IMG/VR virus record: IMGVR_UViG_3300031841_004520
Coordinates: 32,001-96,000 of that record
DNA: 64,000 nucleotides
Reading direction: 5' to 3' (one strand)
Source: a virus
Positions 37,445-47,883 of the stretch are shown here, piece by piece (the stretch's first letter is position 1; each line of letters opens with the position of its first letter). Position numbers and translations under genes: made by a program. The notes beneath the pieces are model-generated. The model saw only the letters and a program-made list of their open reading frames with translations. It searched no databases and was not told where the DNA came from.

Positions 37445-38073
37445 TATGTTGCCTTATTTTTTGTATGAACTAGGTATTTTTGGTTCTTGGGTGAGGTTAT
37501 ATGTTTTTTTAGAAAGTCAATAATTAATTTATTTCTGTCATCAATAGATATGTCGGGATTGTCTATAACTAAATCAAAATTAGATTGGTCGTATTTATCC
37601 TCGTCTAGTGCTGTTTCGCTTGCGTGTGTAGAGCTATAAAGGTTTCTATTAAGTTTGACTACTAGACCACCAGCATTTTTAACAGCCTCAACCTCATTCG
37701 GAAATCGACAATCAGCAATTAAGGATAATCCTCTCCCGTGTTTTTGGATTAATCTGATAGTAGCCGCTGCCCAGACATCGTGCTGCATTCTTCTAAAAAC
37801 ATCCGTTCCAACATACTGGAGTACTTCTCTGGCTGTCATTTGTGCGTCAATACCGGGCCAATAGCAATCCACAGTTTCATTTTTGTTTTCATCTGTACCA
37901 TAACATTGTTCTTCTGTTAAGCCCAATATATTGATACAAAGTTGTTTTAAAGGATCTGCAAAATTGTATATCTGTGAGCATCCTAGAGGTGTGTGTTCAT
38001 CAAACAAATTTTTAACAAATTCACAAGATGTAGTTTTACCAGATTGTTTTCTGCCAGCAAACGCTATAATCAT
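37444..38073 (-). CDS. Deoxynucleoside monophosphate kinase
   Basis: AGRKQSGKTT, FADPLK, REVLQYVGTD, DCRFPNE and HASE. Confidence 0.9.
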   Translation of the reverse strand: MIIAFAGRKQSGKTTSCEFVKNLFDEHTPLGCSQIYNFADPLKQLCINILGLTEEQCYGTDENKNETVDCYWPGIDAQMTAREVLQYVGTDVFRRMQHDVWAAATIRLIQKHGRGLSLIADCRFPNEVEAVKNAGGLVVKLNRNLYSSTHASETALDEDKYDQSNFDLVIDNPDISIDDRNKLIIDFLKKHITSPKNQKYLVHTKNKAT

Positions 38074-39230
38074 AAATACTCCTGTATGGTTTTTTTGATT
38101 TCTGTGTCAATTTGATTAGAAGTCATGTCGGCAATATCATTAGCAGATATTCCTATATTATATACATTATATGTACGATTGCAATTTTTGGAAATATTTT
38201 GAGCTGCCTTACGACCAGCATCATCATTGTCCATAATTGTAAATATGCACATTGCTCCACTAGAATCTAGTAGTAGCTTTTGTTGATTACTAAGATTAGT
38301 GCCAAATATAGCTACGCTATTATGAATACCATTTTCTTCTAACTTCCACACATTACCAGGACTCTCTACTAGAATTACATACATACTTTTTTTAATATGC
38401 TGTTTAGCAAACCAAAAGTTATATAAGTATTCTTGTGTTTTAAATCCACCATTGTGTTTCCACTTAGAATATTTCCATAGGTTTTCGGCAGAAGGGCAAG
38501 GGTCTGATGGATCATGAAAACCTCCACACCTATCACACTTTTCATATATACTTCTACCGGTACAGCCCACCATCGTTTCATAATTCATGTCGTAAATAGG
38601 TACGACAACCCTGTTGTACATCTCCCTTTTAGGATTAGAACATAGTCCAACATCATATTTGTCCATAATGTTTTGGCTATATCCTCTGTCTATGTAGTAT
38701 TGAGCAGGTATTGCTAGACTACTTCTCACCGTGTTTCTAGTAACAGCAGGCTTGTTAGACTTTGCTGTTTTTTGCATAGATCGCATAGCAATATTAAATT
38801 TATGCTTGCTTTGCTGGGTTCTATTAATTCTGATGTTTTGTAATTTGGTATTTGTAAACTCTTCACAGAATTGTAAAGTTTCTTTAAAGCTACAAGTTTC
38901 GTCACCCGACTTAGACCAGTTGTATTTTTTGTTAGACAAAAGCCCTCTAACGAAACCTATAATAGATGGCTGAAAAACTTCTTCACAATTATGTGTTCTA
39001 CACTTCCAGTTACCTCTATATGATTCTCCTTCTGGATATATGTTAATTGCTGATGGATTGTCACCACCATGAATAGGGCAGCACATACTATAAAATCTAC
39101 CATTATCTTTATGGTCAATTTCAAAATAATCGAATAAATCTTCTGCTTTATCGCATAAGTTGTCGCAGAGTATCTTTAATTTTTGTTGTTGATTTTTATT
39201 CGAATGGGATTGCTTCTTCACTGTCTTCAT
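38070..39230 (-). CDS. dnaG: DNA primase (CHC2 zinc finger and TOPRIM)
   Basis: CPIH...C..HNC, RVVVPI, ILVES and MDNDDAG. ATG 39230 follows GAGGAG. Confidence 0.85.
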   Translation of the reverse strand: MKTVKKQSHSNKNQQQKLKILCDNLCDKAEDLFDYFEIDHKDNGRFYSMCCPIHGGDNPSAINIYPEGESYRGNWKCRTHNCEEVFQPSIIGFVRGLLSNKKYNWSKSGDETCSFKETLQFCEEFTNTKLQNIRINRTQQSKHKFNIAMRSMQKTAKSNKPAVTRNTVRSSLAIPAQYYIDRGYSQNIMDKYDVGLCSNPKREMYNRVVVPIYDMNYETMVGCTGRSIYEKCDRCGGFHDPSDPCPSAENLWKYSKWKHNGGFKTQEYLYNFWFAKQHIKKSMYVILVESPGNVWKLEENGIHNSVAIFGTNLSNQQKLLLDSSGAMCIFTIMDNDDAGRKAAQNISKNCNRTYNVYNIGISANDIADMTSNQIDTEIKKTIQEYL

Positions 39231-40644
39231 CAAACTCCTCAATACTATCAGGTTTTTGCATTAGTTCCAATCTGGTTTTGCCTTCGCTAATCTTAGCACA
39301 CCAACCCTTCATGTTACAATTAATATAATCATTGTCATCCAACCCTCCTCCATGCCTGCTGACCAGAGGTAATAGTTTTCTATTTCCGTTATCTGGACCA
39401 TCTTCTGCTATTTCCTCATCTGTCTTACGTTTGAATATAGTGAAGTTGCTACAAAGCCAAATAATTCTATCTGATCCACTGGCGGTATCTGTGCTCTCTT
39501 TGGTGATACCATCCCTGTTAAGCTGAACAAATGCTACTATAGGGACTTTATACCTAGTAGCAAAGTTATGTAAGGCTGTCATCATGAATCCTAGAACCTG
39601 ATATTCTTTCATGTCTTGACTCATGCCTTGGCTGTCCATGAGTTTTAAGTAGTCGTAAAATATTACGCAGTCCTTAGCTGATCCGTCTTCATTTAGTCCA
39701 ACTTCTTTAATCAACCATCGTCGCATCAAGGAGATTTGATCTTCAAAAGGTTGTCCAGCAATAGACTTGTGATATATACCCATATCTTTGAGTTGCTCTG
39801 CTGCTTTTTGTATTTTGTTTTTCTTGTTTGGAGATTGAGCAAACTTACCGGTTTCGATGCTACTAATATCCACTTCTGTCATCATGGCCAGTATCCTATT
39901 TATGTGATCCTCTTTCATCATTTCTGTATCTAAATTTAGGATTGGTACTTTTGATTTAGAAGCAACATTAAATCCAATATTATCTGACAATAAAGTTTTC
40001 CCTGTTTTAGGTCTAGCAGCAATTACATTTACTGTACCTCTACGCAAACCGCCTCCAATAGCCTGATCATAGATAGGGAATCCTGTAGGTATACCTATTT
40101 GGTCTATAGGATTATCAATTAATGACTGTATATATTCGTCAACATCCTGACCAACGGTTGTGGGGTGATTCTCTGTGTCATTAAGAAGAGAAGAAAAATT
40201 AAATATGACGTCTTCTGCAATACCGACGATACTGCCAACAGGTTCGGTTCCTTTTACTTCTGAAACCTTACTTTTAGCTTCGTCTAACTGTTTTTCTAAT
40301 AGTCTAGCTATTTCTAGCTTTCTAACTTTTGCAGCAAACTTTCTAACATTGTCTAATTCTACTGGGAAGCTGGTAATTGCCTGCAAATGTTGAACTTCTT
40401 CTTTTTTAGTAACTATTGAGGATAGATGTAATTCCTCAGCAGCTGAAAAAATAGTAGCTATATCCAATTTAGTGTTTGGATTTTTCTCAAAAACATATTT
40501 AAAGCATTTGTATAAAACAATATTGCTATCTATAGTAAATGAGCTTTCTTGTAGCAGATCTGCTACATCATAGTAAGCATCTTCACCGTAGTTAAATATA
40601 CCTGACAGAACCGCACGTTCTGCTGACGCATCTGATAATTTCAT
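39196..40644 (-). CDS. dnaB: Replicative DNA helicase
   Basis: AERAVLS, GIPTGF, ARPKTGKT, DYLKL and QLNR. Confidence 0.92.
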   Translation of the reverse strand: MKLSDASAERAVLSGIFNYGEDAYYDVADLLQESSFTIDSNIVLYKCFKYVFEKNPNTKLDIATIFSAAEELHLSSIVTKKEEVQHLQAITSFPVELDNVRKFAAKVRKLEIARLLEKQLDEAKSKVSEVKGTEPVGSIVGIAEDVIFNFSSLLNDTENHPTTVGQDVDEYIQSLIDNPIDQIGIPTGFPIYDQAIGGGLRRGTVNVIAARPKTGKTLLSDNIGFNVASKSKVPILNLDTEMMKEDHINRILAMMTEVDISSIETGKFAQSPNKKNKIQKAAEQLKDMGIYHKSIAGQPFEDQISLMRRWLIKEVGLNEDGSAKDCVIFYDYLKLMDSQGMSQDMKEYQVLGFMMTALHNFATRYKVPIVAFVQLNRDGITKESTDTASGSDRIIWLCSNFTIFKRKTDEEIAEDGPDNGNRKLLPLVSRHGGGLDDNDYINCNMKGWCAKISEGKTRLELMQKPDSIEEFDEDSEEAIPFE

Positions 40645-40645
40645 T

Positions 40646-41023
40646 TTACCCAGCCATTGTAGAACATTTATTACACTTATAACGATCTATAGATTCCACC
40701 ACCCCTGCATTTACTTCTTCCTTTTTGCCACAAACACGACAGGTTACATTTACCGGAGTATAGCTTCTCGTTCTAGGTACAGGAGACTGTTTTGATACTT
40801 TTTTATCAAATTCCACATCCTCTTTATGCATATTAAATTCTGCCATCTGTTCAAACTTATTTACTCTTGCACTTTTCCTATCTATATTTTTAGATTTAAT
40901 TGCAGAGTTGCTGAACTGTGGTTCTGACTGTTGTTCTACTGCTGGTTCATCATCTTCAGGCAGCATAGCAGACAACATCTTAATCATTTGTTTGATCTGT
41001 TTTGGGCTTAAGTTATCATCCAT
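40646..41023 (-). CDS. Hypothetical protein with C-terminal zinc ribbon
   Basis: CRVCG...CNKC. Confidence 0.6.
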   Translation of the reverse strand: MDDNLSPKQIKQMIKMLSAMLPEDDEPAVEQQSEPQFSNSAIKSKNIDRKSARVNKFEQMAEFNMHKEDVEFDKKVSKQSPVPRTRSYTPVNVTCRVCGKKEEVNAGVVESIDRYKCNKCSTMAG

Positions 41024-41507
41024 TTTTAATCATCCCCTTTGCTCTTTGTGTAGAAATTAAAATATCTGATAAATTTTTAAGTGTACTTGAGAGATAGGTT
41101 AATCTATCTGATCTTTGTTTAGCATATTTTTTTATTTGGTTTAGCTTGATTGCTCTTTCATTGTGCTTGATTGCCTGTAAGGATTTTTCTACATATCCGT
41201 AACCCTTATAATTATTAATTTCGTCAGCTATAGTTTCTTTAATAGTCTCATCAGCCCAATTGTATCTAGCCATTTCTCTATTTAAACTTCTTTGTATATG
41301 GAAACCAAATTGACCAATCCTGTATGCGATCTCAGCACATTCTGTAACAGTAAGTTTTTCTAGAACGTCCCTATTCATAGTAAGGTATTCTTGTAGTTCC
41401 GCTTCTGGCAAGCTATCTCCGGCATATGCTGGGATACCAATACCCTTTTCGTATTCGTCTAATATGTTGTCCCAATGGGTTATTTCTTCTTTAGCCGTTC
41501 TGCTCAT
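41016..41507 (-). CDS. Helical hypothetical protein (possible UvsY-like recombination mediator)
   Basis: Coiled-coil character and position near recA; the function is only a guess from synteny. Confidence 0.4.
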   Translation of the reverse strand: MSRTAKEEITHWDNILDEYEKGIGIPAYAGDSLPEAELQEYLTMNRDVLEKLTVTECAEIAYRIGQFGFHIQRSLNREMARYNWADETIKETIADEINNYKGYGYVEKSLQAIKHNERAIKLNQIKKYAKQRSDRLTYLSSTLKNLSDILISTQRAKGMIKNG

Positions 41508-41901
41508 TTATTATATCTTTCCATTCTGATATTTTATTATAAGGCAATTCTATAAAACCAATCTCGTTTGTTTCACACCAGTTTTTCTTTTCTCTGTCTC
41601 TTTTTTTATGTTTTAAAAAATTTAGTTTGTTTTGATGGAAAAATGGAACATACTTATAGTGCTGTTCGCCATGAACCTCTATACAAATTTTAGCAAGAGG
41701 TAGGTAAAAGTCAAGATATAAAATTTCGGTTCTTCTCAAAGGTATCGGAACTTCCTCTAAAATCTGATAAGTAGGAAAAATATTTCTTATGACTTCCCTA
41801 GCTTGTAAATGTAGTTCAGATTTATTCTGTCTACTACCTTTAGCTATGTGTCCTGTTAATTGCCATTTTTGTAATTTACCATCTAAATCAATAATCTCCA
41901 T
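41491..41901 (-). CDS. Vsr/DUF559-like endonuclease
   Basis: LDFYLP..CIEVHGEQHY...RDREK. Confidence 0.75.
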   Translation of the reverse strand: MEIIDLDGKLQKWQLTGHIAKGSRQNKSELHLQAREVIRNIFPTYQILEEVPIPLRRTEILYLDFYLPLAKICIEVHGEQHYKYVPFFHQNKLNFLKHKKRDREKKNWCETNEIGFIELPYNKISEWKDIINEQNG

Positions 41902-41905
41902 ACCA

Positions 41906-42952
41906 TCACATACCCATTGTGTCTTTCACTTGATTCCAAAGAGTGTCATATACTTCTGGATTAGAAGCAATATAATTTCTAGCTTTTTCTTCACCTTGGA
42001 ATTTAGGGGTGTCTTCTACACAAGAAATAGTATACCAAGCGCCAGCCTGATCTACCAATCCAATATCTTTAGCTAAATTAAATACTTCCATCGCTCTGTC
42101 TATACCTTCTCCATACCGTAAGAAACTTGTAATCTTACCACCAGGAGGACCTAAAGCAGAACAATTTACCATCCAATGTATTTTTTGTCCAATCTGAGTA
42201 TCTTCTTTACCCACTCTCCATGGCTCAAAATAAGTAGCTCTTAGTTTAACATCAGTTTGATAAGCAATAGCTTGTCCAGATTTTTCCTTAAACTCTACAT
42301 TACCGTGACCCGGATTACCCATTAGGTGAGTAATGCCAATGACAACATTTTTATTAACAGGAATTACATTTGCTACTTTTCTGCAAAACTTAGCCAATAG
42401 CTTTGCTCCATCTGCTCTTTGCATTTTACCCATGTCAGCAGTAATTTCAGCTTCTGTACATAGTGCTGAATAAGAATCTATAATTAGTACAGATCCTGGT
42501 TCTTCATTAATGATTCTTTCTCCGATAGATAAATACTCTTCAGCATGTAGTATCTTACCTTGCTGAGATCCTATGACATGAAACTTATCTAGATTCAAAC
42601 CTGGAATACCTTCTAAATCCCTCTTCTTCAATCTACCTTCTATGTTTAGATAATACACATCTCTACCATCTGCAAACGAACTGTGTGCATATTCTTTTCT
42701 TTGTGCTGTAGCAGCGAAGTCTAACGATGTTGTTGTCTTGCCACACTTAGGATGTCCGGTGAAAATCATAAAGCTACCCTCTGGGACACCACCATTCAAC
42801 ACAAGGTCTAGGCAAGGAGATACAGGGATAGTTATGAGGTTTTGGTCTACCACGGAATTAGCAGATAGCATGATGCCGTCCCCAAATTGTTTTTTGACCC
42901 CATCTTGGATTTTGTTTTTCGTTGTTGGGGTTTTACTTTTGGTTTTGCTCAT
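41906..42952 (-). CDS. recA: RecA/UvsX-like recombinase
   Basis: LDLVLNGGVPEG, Walker A GHPKCGKTT, Walker B LIIDS, and GAWY...FQG. Confidence 0.88.
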   Translation of the reverse strand: MSKTKSKTPTTKNKIQDGVKKQFGDGIMLSANSVVDQNLITIPVSPCLDLVLNGGVPEGSFMIFTGHPKCGKTTTSLDFAATAQRKEYAHSSFADGRDVYYLNIEGRLKKRDLEGIPGLNLDKFHVIGSQQGKILHAEEYLSIGERIINEEPGSVLIIDSYSALCTEAEITADMGKMQRADGAKLLAKFCRKVANVIPVNKNVVIGITHLMGNPGHGNVEFKEKSGQAIAYQTDVKLRATYFEPWRVGKEDTQIGQKIHWMVNCSALGPPGGKITSFLRYGEGIDRAMEVFNLAKDIGLVDQAGAWYTISCVEDTPKFQGEEKARNYIASNPEVYDTLWNQVKDTMGM

Positions 42953-43358
42953 CTTCTAAATCCTTAAGTTTTGATAAAATATTTTTAGTAGTTTTGTATT
43001 TCTTGTAAGTAGACTTATCTCTACCCAAGTCTATTGTAACATCTTTATTCTGTTTAGACAAGATCTTTTCATGCTTCTGTATTACCGGTGTCAAAAATTT
43101 AGATCTTAGAGAGTAGGTTCTATAGCACTTCTTATCCTTGATAGCTGCTATAATTGCCTTAGCACTATGCTTTTTCAAAAGCCTGTGTGCTGTAAAAATT
43201 TGACTTTTATAAAATGACGACCATTCCTTATTATTCCAAAATCTGTAATGTAAATCCTTTTGTTCAATTCTTGCCTTATTCTCACAAATCAATTCCGTAA
43301 TATACTGAGCAGCAGATACTTCTTTGCCGTTCGAATATTTAGAAATGTATTTATTCAC
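42933..43358 (-). CDS. Hypothetical protein
   Basis: 141-aa basic ORF overlapping its neighbours. Confidence 0.6.
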   Translation of the reverse strand: MNKYISKYSNGKEVSAAQYITELICENKARIEQKDLHYRFWNNKEWSSFYKSQIFTAHRLLKKHSAKAIIAAIKDKKCYRTYSLRSKFLTPVIQKHEKILSKQNKDVTIDLGRDKSTYKKYKTTKNILSKLKDLEDEQNQK

Positions 43359-43668
43359 GAGCTTTGTTAATGGCGTTCTTATACTTGGAGTTTATATTGC
43401 TTTCTCTATCGTCAGTTAGTTCAGACGATGCCTGTGTCATTATAGTAACATTTTTGGTTCTTTTGCCAGATGTTTCTTTGATAAAAGAATCGGCCTTACT
43501 AGATACCGTTTTAATGTTCGCATTATTGGAGCTTTCTACGCCGACAACATCTACCACTGTTTGTTCAGACAGATTTAATTCTTTAGCTATTTGCTTATCC
43601 TCCATTTGAATAACTTCTTTCAAATATCGAACAGCATATTCTTTAGTTTTAGATATTTTTGCCATCAT
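43351..43668 (-). CDS. Small HTH-containing protein
   Basis: KQIAKELNLSEQTV. Likely start is the ATG at 43668 or 43665. Confidence 0.55.
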   Translation of the reverse strand: MMAKISKTKEYAVRYLKEVIQMEDKQIAKELNLSEQTVVDVVGVESSNNANIKTVSSKADSFIKETSGKRTKNVTIMTQASSELTDDRESNINSKYKNAINKARE

Positions 43669-44036
43669 TCCATCTCTCTTTCTGCATTTCTTAACCATGC
43701 AATATTCTTAGTCTTTAAAAAATTTGTATATAGTTCAAATACTCTAGGCGATACCGACTTAAACTCCCACGCCTTCTTGCCAATTTTAGATAAGAACTTA
43801 TTTGATGTTCCTTCTGAATACATTCCGATAGGATTGTATATTTTGCCGTGTGATCCTAGCTTCAAAAAATATCTGGTACTATTACCTAAAGTAATACTTT
43901 TGGCTAGGACATCTCCAGTACCGTCCTCTAGTCTTGGAAAATTTTTATTATCTAAATAATCATGCTGTCCAAATACTGTGTAGTATTCATATGTCTTGTT
44001 ATCAGGCTCATGATTATTAATCTGTCTTGTACTCAT
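43665..44036 (-). CDS. Hypothetical protein
   Basis: 123-aa ORF in the operon. Confidence 0.6.
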   Translation of the reverse strand: MSTRQINNHEPDNKTYEYYTVFGQHDYLDNKNFPRLEDGTGDVLAKSITLGNSTRYFLKLGSHGKIYNPIGMYSEGTSNKFLSKIGKKAWEFKSVSPRVFELYTNFLKTKNIAWLRNAEREME

Positions 44037-44037
44037 A

Positions 44038-44385
44038 TTATTTGGGCCAAATTGTTTTTGGCTTCCTTTCTATTCTAGACATTCCATCAGGCAAAACGGT
44101 GTTAGGATCTTCTTTGCCTCTATTAGAATAATGTTTCCTTTGTAGTTCAGCTTTATAGTCGTCACTAAATTTTTCTGTGTTTCTCTGAGCCAAGTCTCCT
44201 AAGGTTTTTAGTTCAGAATCACTTTTCTTTACAGAGCTGTTTAAGGTAAGCATATCTTCCTGATAGTCTCTACCACAAATTTCGTTACAGCTATCGCACT
44301 TTACTCTGTCTTTGTAGTCGTTGATATTAGCAAAGAGATCAAATGATTTATTGCAGGATTCACAAAAATATGTATATGTTGGCAT
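44038..44385 (-). CDS. FmdB-family zinc-ribbon protein
   Basis: MPTYTYFCESC...CDSC. Confidence 0.8.
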   Translation of the reverse strand: MPTYTYFCESCNKSFDLFANINDYKDRVKCDSCNEICGRDYQEDMLTLNSSVKKSDSELKTLGDLAQRNTEKFSDDYKAELQRKHYSNRGKEDPNTVLPDGMSRIERKPKTIWPK

Positions 44386-44386
44386 A

Positions 44387-44953
44387 TTAATTTATAAAAT
44401 TAGAAACGTATTCCATCCACTCTTCTGGTATTTCTTTTATTGTAAGTAAGTACTGTGCTATTGGCAAGTATTTTTCGCTCTTAGATGGAATATATGGTTT
44501 TTTTATTAGAGGCATCTTAGCTTGTTGTGGGGTTTTATCTCCTTTTTTTAAATTACAACTTAGACATGCGGTGGTTATATTATGCCACCCAGTTGCTTTT
44601 AAAGAACTGTGAACCGGCCATTTAGACTTGGGTATAACATGGTCATAAGTTAGCTTTCTTGATTTCTTGCCACAATACTGGCATGTATAATTATCTCTAA
44701 TGAATATATTCTTCCTGCAGAATTTTATTTCTTCTTTAAAGAAATTATAAAACTTAGTTAATTTAATTACAGAGGGTATAGATATATCTTTATACACAGA
44801 CTTGATACTATCTTTGTAGTAAGATACAACCTCTACATTGCTTTTGTATCCTTTAGAACTACCATACCATAGCACCATAGCCTTTTGCCAAGATATGGTG
44901 CATAGTGGTGTGTAGTTACAGTTTATAATTAAACAGTCTTTGTGCTTAGACAT
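44387..44953 (-). CDS. HNH endonuclease
   Basis: RDNYTCQYCG, DHVIPKS and NITTACLSCNLKKG. Confidence 0.9.
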   Translation of the reverse strand: MSKHKDCLIINCNYTPLCTISWQKAMVLWYGSSKGYKSNVEVVSYYKDSIKSVYKDISIPSVIKLTKFYNFFKEEIKFCRKNIFIRDNYTCQYCGKKSRKLTYDHVIPKSKWPVHSSLKATGWHNITTACLSCNLKKGDKTPQQAKMPLIKKPYIPSKSEKYLPIAQYLLTIKEIPEEWMEYVSNFIN

Positions 44954-44954
44954 T

Positions 44955-45641
44955 TTAAAGCCTATGTACTATCTCTGCTATGATTGGATTTCTAACGATG
45001 TCGGAAATTTCTAAATGAGAAAAACCCACACCATTGGCTCCTTGCAATCTATCTATAATAGATCCAAAACCACCCTTTTGAGTAGCATGTAGATCTGATT
45101 GGTCTAGATCACCAGTAAGCACCATTTTACTATTCATGCCGATTCTAGTCAACAGCATTTTCAATTGATCATAAGAAGCGTTTTGACATTCATCCGCTAC
45201 AATAAAAGAGTCATGAAAACTTCTACCTCTCATTAAACCTAGAGGCACAATTTCTATTGCCCTACCAGACTTAAGTTTGTGGAAATGTTCCATTTTAAGA
45301 AAATAATTGACTTCATCAAATAATGGCAATAAGTATGGGTGTAGTTTTTCTTCAGCACTACCCGGCAAAAAGCCTAGCTTTTCTCCTGCTTCGACAACAG
45401 GTCTAGTGATAACTATCTTTTGGACCTTATAATCTAATAGATATTCTAGAGCCATACCAACAGCGATATGCGTTTTACCACTCCCAGGAACACCCTGACA
45501 GAAAGTGATAGTGCTTTCCGCTACAGTTCTAATATAATCTTTTTGATTTATAGATCTTGGCTTAAGTCTATTTTTAAATCCAACAATATGTTCTTCAGGG
45601 GCTAGCTTGTCAGCAGCCTTTTTAATTTTGCGTTTTCTCAA
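44955..45641 (-). CDS. phoH: PhoH-family ATPase
   Basis: GVPGSGKT, RPVVEAGEKLGFLPG, MRGRSF, DECQN and GDLDQSD. TTG start. Confidence 0.92.
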   Translation of the reverse strand: MRKRKIKKAADKLAPEEHIVGFKNRLKPRSINQKDYIRTVAESTITFCQGVPGSGKTHIAVGMALEYLLDYKVQKIVITRPVVEAGEKLGFLPGSAEEKLHPYLLPLFDEVNYFLKMEHFHKLKSGRAIEIVPLGLMRGRSFHDSFIVADECQNASYDQLKMLLTRIGMNSKMVLTGDLDQSDLHATQKGGFGSIIDRLQGANGVGFSHLEISDIVRNPIIAEIVHRL

Positions 45642-45665
45642 GGTTATACCTCTCTAGGAGTAGAA

Positions 45666-47864
45666 CTAAATCAGACATGCGCCGCCAGCACAGCTAATTT
45701 CCTCTATCCCTGTGGTATTGTCCTCTGTTTCCAATAGCTGTGTATAATCAACTTTTGCGAAACTGTTATATAGATCTGTGTATATCTTCCAATTATATAC
45801 GTCTTTCATACAGTAGGTCAATCTCTTTAGGTCGTCATCGAAATATTTTTTAGCAAATCTTTGCATTTTTATGGCAAATAGTTTTTTGTCTTCCGAGTCT
45901 TTGTCAGATGATTGCTCTAGGGTCATATAGTCGCAAGCAGCCCATAGATTTAAACCAAAGGCATTCAGACCCAATTCAATTAAACCAGAACACCATAGTG
46001 ACGCATCTCCATATTCTTTGGCTATTTCTTTGGGAGTGTATACTGTGGTGAATGGTGCTTGTGGATAATCCTTATCTCCACTTTGTGGAATAAGACTAAT
46101 ACCAGCAAAGAACCGCCTATTATTATATATAAACTTTGTAACATCTTGCCATTCATCAGGCTGCACGGTAACGGTATTGCTAACATTATGGCTTAGAAAA
46201 TCTTGAGTGCATAAGGATCTGTTCTTTCCAGAATGGACCCAATTCTTCTGAGCTTCTTTTACAACACCCAGCATTTCTAAAGCTGGTAATTGATTTTTTA
46301 GCTTAGAGCCATCAGGAACTTCAATAGGAAATTTTACAACCTCGTCTGTATCATTGGCAGACCAAGATGATTTTTCACACGCTTGAGGATTATAACTTTT
46401 AAAGTGTTGATAGGGAGCTTCTAGAATATTGGCTTGTACATGCCTAATGTATCTTTTTGCATGATGCGGATGGATACCAGAACTTGTTCCCAGCATGCTA
46501 CTACTAGTACCTTCAGGCTTTAAGCACGTAACTCTTGCTGCCTGATTGATGCCTATCTTTTTAGAAAGTTCTTTATTGGTATCAACAGCAATTTTTGCGC
46601 CTTTTTTCAAAACTTTTTCCGTTAATACTAACTCATGCTTTTCCATAATCCCTGTTAAAGAAACACCAAGTAAAGCCTCTCGCTCAAAAATAGTCTTGCT
46701 ATCATCTCCTAAATAATCTAATGCAGTAAATCCAGCCTGTAAAGTTCCAATAATTGCAGCAGCTTTGCAGCGTTCATAAAAATCTTCTTCATCAGATAAT
46801 GAAGAACAGTTAATGGTAGAAAGATTACATCCCTGCCAGCCTGATCTGCCAGACTCTTCGTTTACAGGCCACATACCCACTTCAACACATGGATTAAACG
46901 TCATTTCTGTAGAGTCACTCCAAATAAAACCTGGCTCACCAAACTCTTTTACAGAATCCATTAGTATTTGGAATTGTTCATATGTTGTATTGTCTTTTAG
47001 CAATAAGGCCGAATTATTGCTTCTGGCTCTCTGTGGATTGTCTACATACCAGTTACCAGTTTTAGCCTTTGCCATCTCTTCATCATCTGGACTAAATAAC
47101 GCTAGTGACGCACTTCTGCGAACGCCACCAGATAGTACAGCATCGCTTGAGTGCATAATAATATCATAAGCATCAATCGGTCTGAGTTTTTTCTGTTTTC
47201 TTTCAACGCACACCTCCAATAATTCTCTAATTTTTTCTAATCCATTTTGTAATGGTTCAAACCCAGGAGCTTTGCCTACGCCAGAAGACAGGGTTGATCC
47301 CTTTTCTCTGATGTTACTATAATCAAAAACGATATATTGATCTTTGTATTCTTTAAATTTATTTTCGGCAGGCTTTGTGAAATATGAACTCAATAACACC
47401 CCCAAGGCATCTGCCCAACCTTCAATACTATCTTCTATTTTATACTTTACGCCCTTACGCTTATCTTTTGTGTTCGGAGAAAGTGTTGGTAATTTGGCGA
47501 TGTGGTGTTTTTGAACACTAAACCCTGTGCCACTACCACACAGCAATAGCCAGAAACATTCTTGAAAAAATCTCAATCGATCACAGTATGAGCTTGTACA
47601 ATTGTAGATCTTGGCATGTCTTTTTAAAATAGGTTCTCCACCGAATTGTAAGGCCCTCTGGCTACCCAATACTTTTTTCTTCAGCATGAGGTCGTAGGCC
47701 CAATTAATATCTTCTGTGATATCATTATCGTCATATTGAGTATGCATCATGTTTTGCACACGCTCAACCGCTTCTTTCCAGGTCTCTCTACGATTCTTGT
47801 CTCCCAACCATCTAGCGTATTTAGAAACGAAAGTATAGTTTTGAAGTTCTTGAAGCGCAGACAT
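45666..47864 (-). CDS. nrdJ: Class II (adenosylcobalamin-dependent) ribonucleotide reductase
   Basis: YNC, GSGTGFS, GGVRRSA, NPCVE, GCNL, KPEGT and a C-terminal CAGGAC. Confidence 0.9.
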   Translation of the reverse strand: MSALQELQNYTFVSKYARWLGDKNRRETWKEAVERVQNMMHTQYDDNDITEDINWAYDLMLKKKVLGSQRALQFGGEPILKRHAKIYNCTSSYCDRLRFFQECFWLLLCGSGTGFSVQKHHIAKLPTLSPNTKDKRKGVKYKIEDSIEGWADALGVLLSSYFTKPAENKFKEYKDQYIVFDYSNIREKGSTLSSGVGKAPGFEPLQNGLEKIRELLEVCVERKQKKLRPIDAYDIIMHSSDAVLSGGVRRSASLALFSPDDEEMAKAKTGNWYVDNPQRARSNNSALLLKDNTTYEQFQILMDSVKEFGEPGFIWSDSTEMTFNPCVEVGMWPVNEESGRSGWQGCNLSTINCSSLSDEEDFYERCKAAAIIGTLQAGFTALDYLGDDSKTIFEREALLGVSLTGIMEKHELVLTEKVLKKGAKIAVDTNKELSKKIGINQAARVTCLKPEGTSSSMLGTSSGIHPHHAKRYIRHVQANILEAPYQHFKSYNPQACEKSSWSANDTDEVVKFPIEVPDGSKLKNQLPALEMLGVVKEAQKNWVHSGKNRSLCTQDFLSHNVSNTVTVQPDEWQDVTKFIYNNRRFFAGISLIPQSGDKDYPQAPFTTVYTPKEIAKEYGDASLWCSGLIELGLNAFGLNLWAACDYMTLEQSSDKDSEDKKLFAIKMQRFAKKYFDDDLKRLTYCMKDVYNWKIYTDLYNSFAKVDYTQLLETEDNTTGIEEISCAGGACLI

Positions 47865-47883
47865 ATTTTCTCCTTAAAATAAT

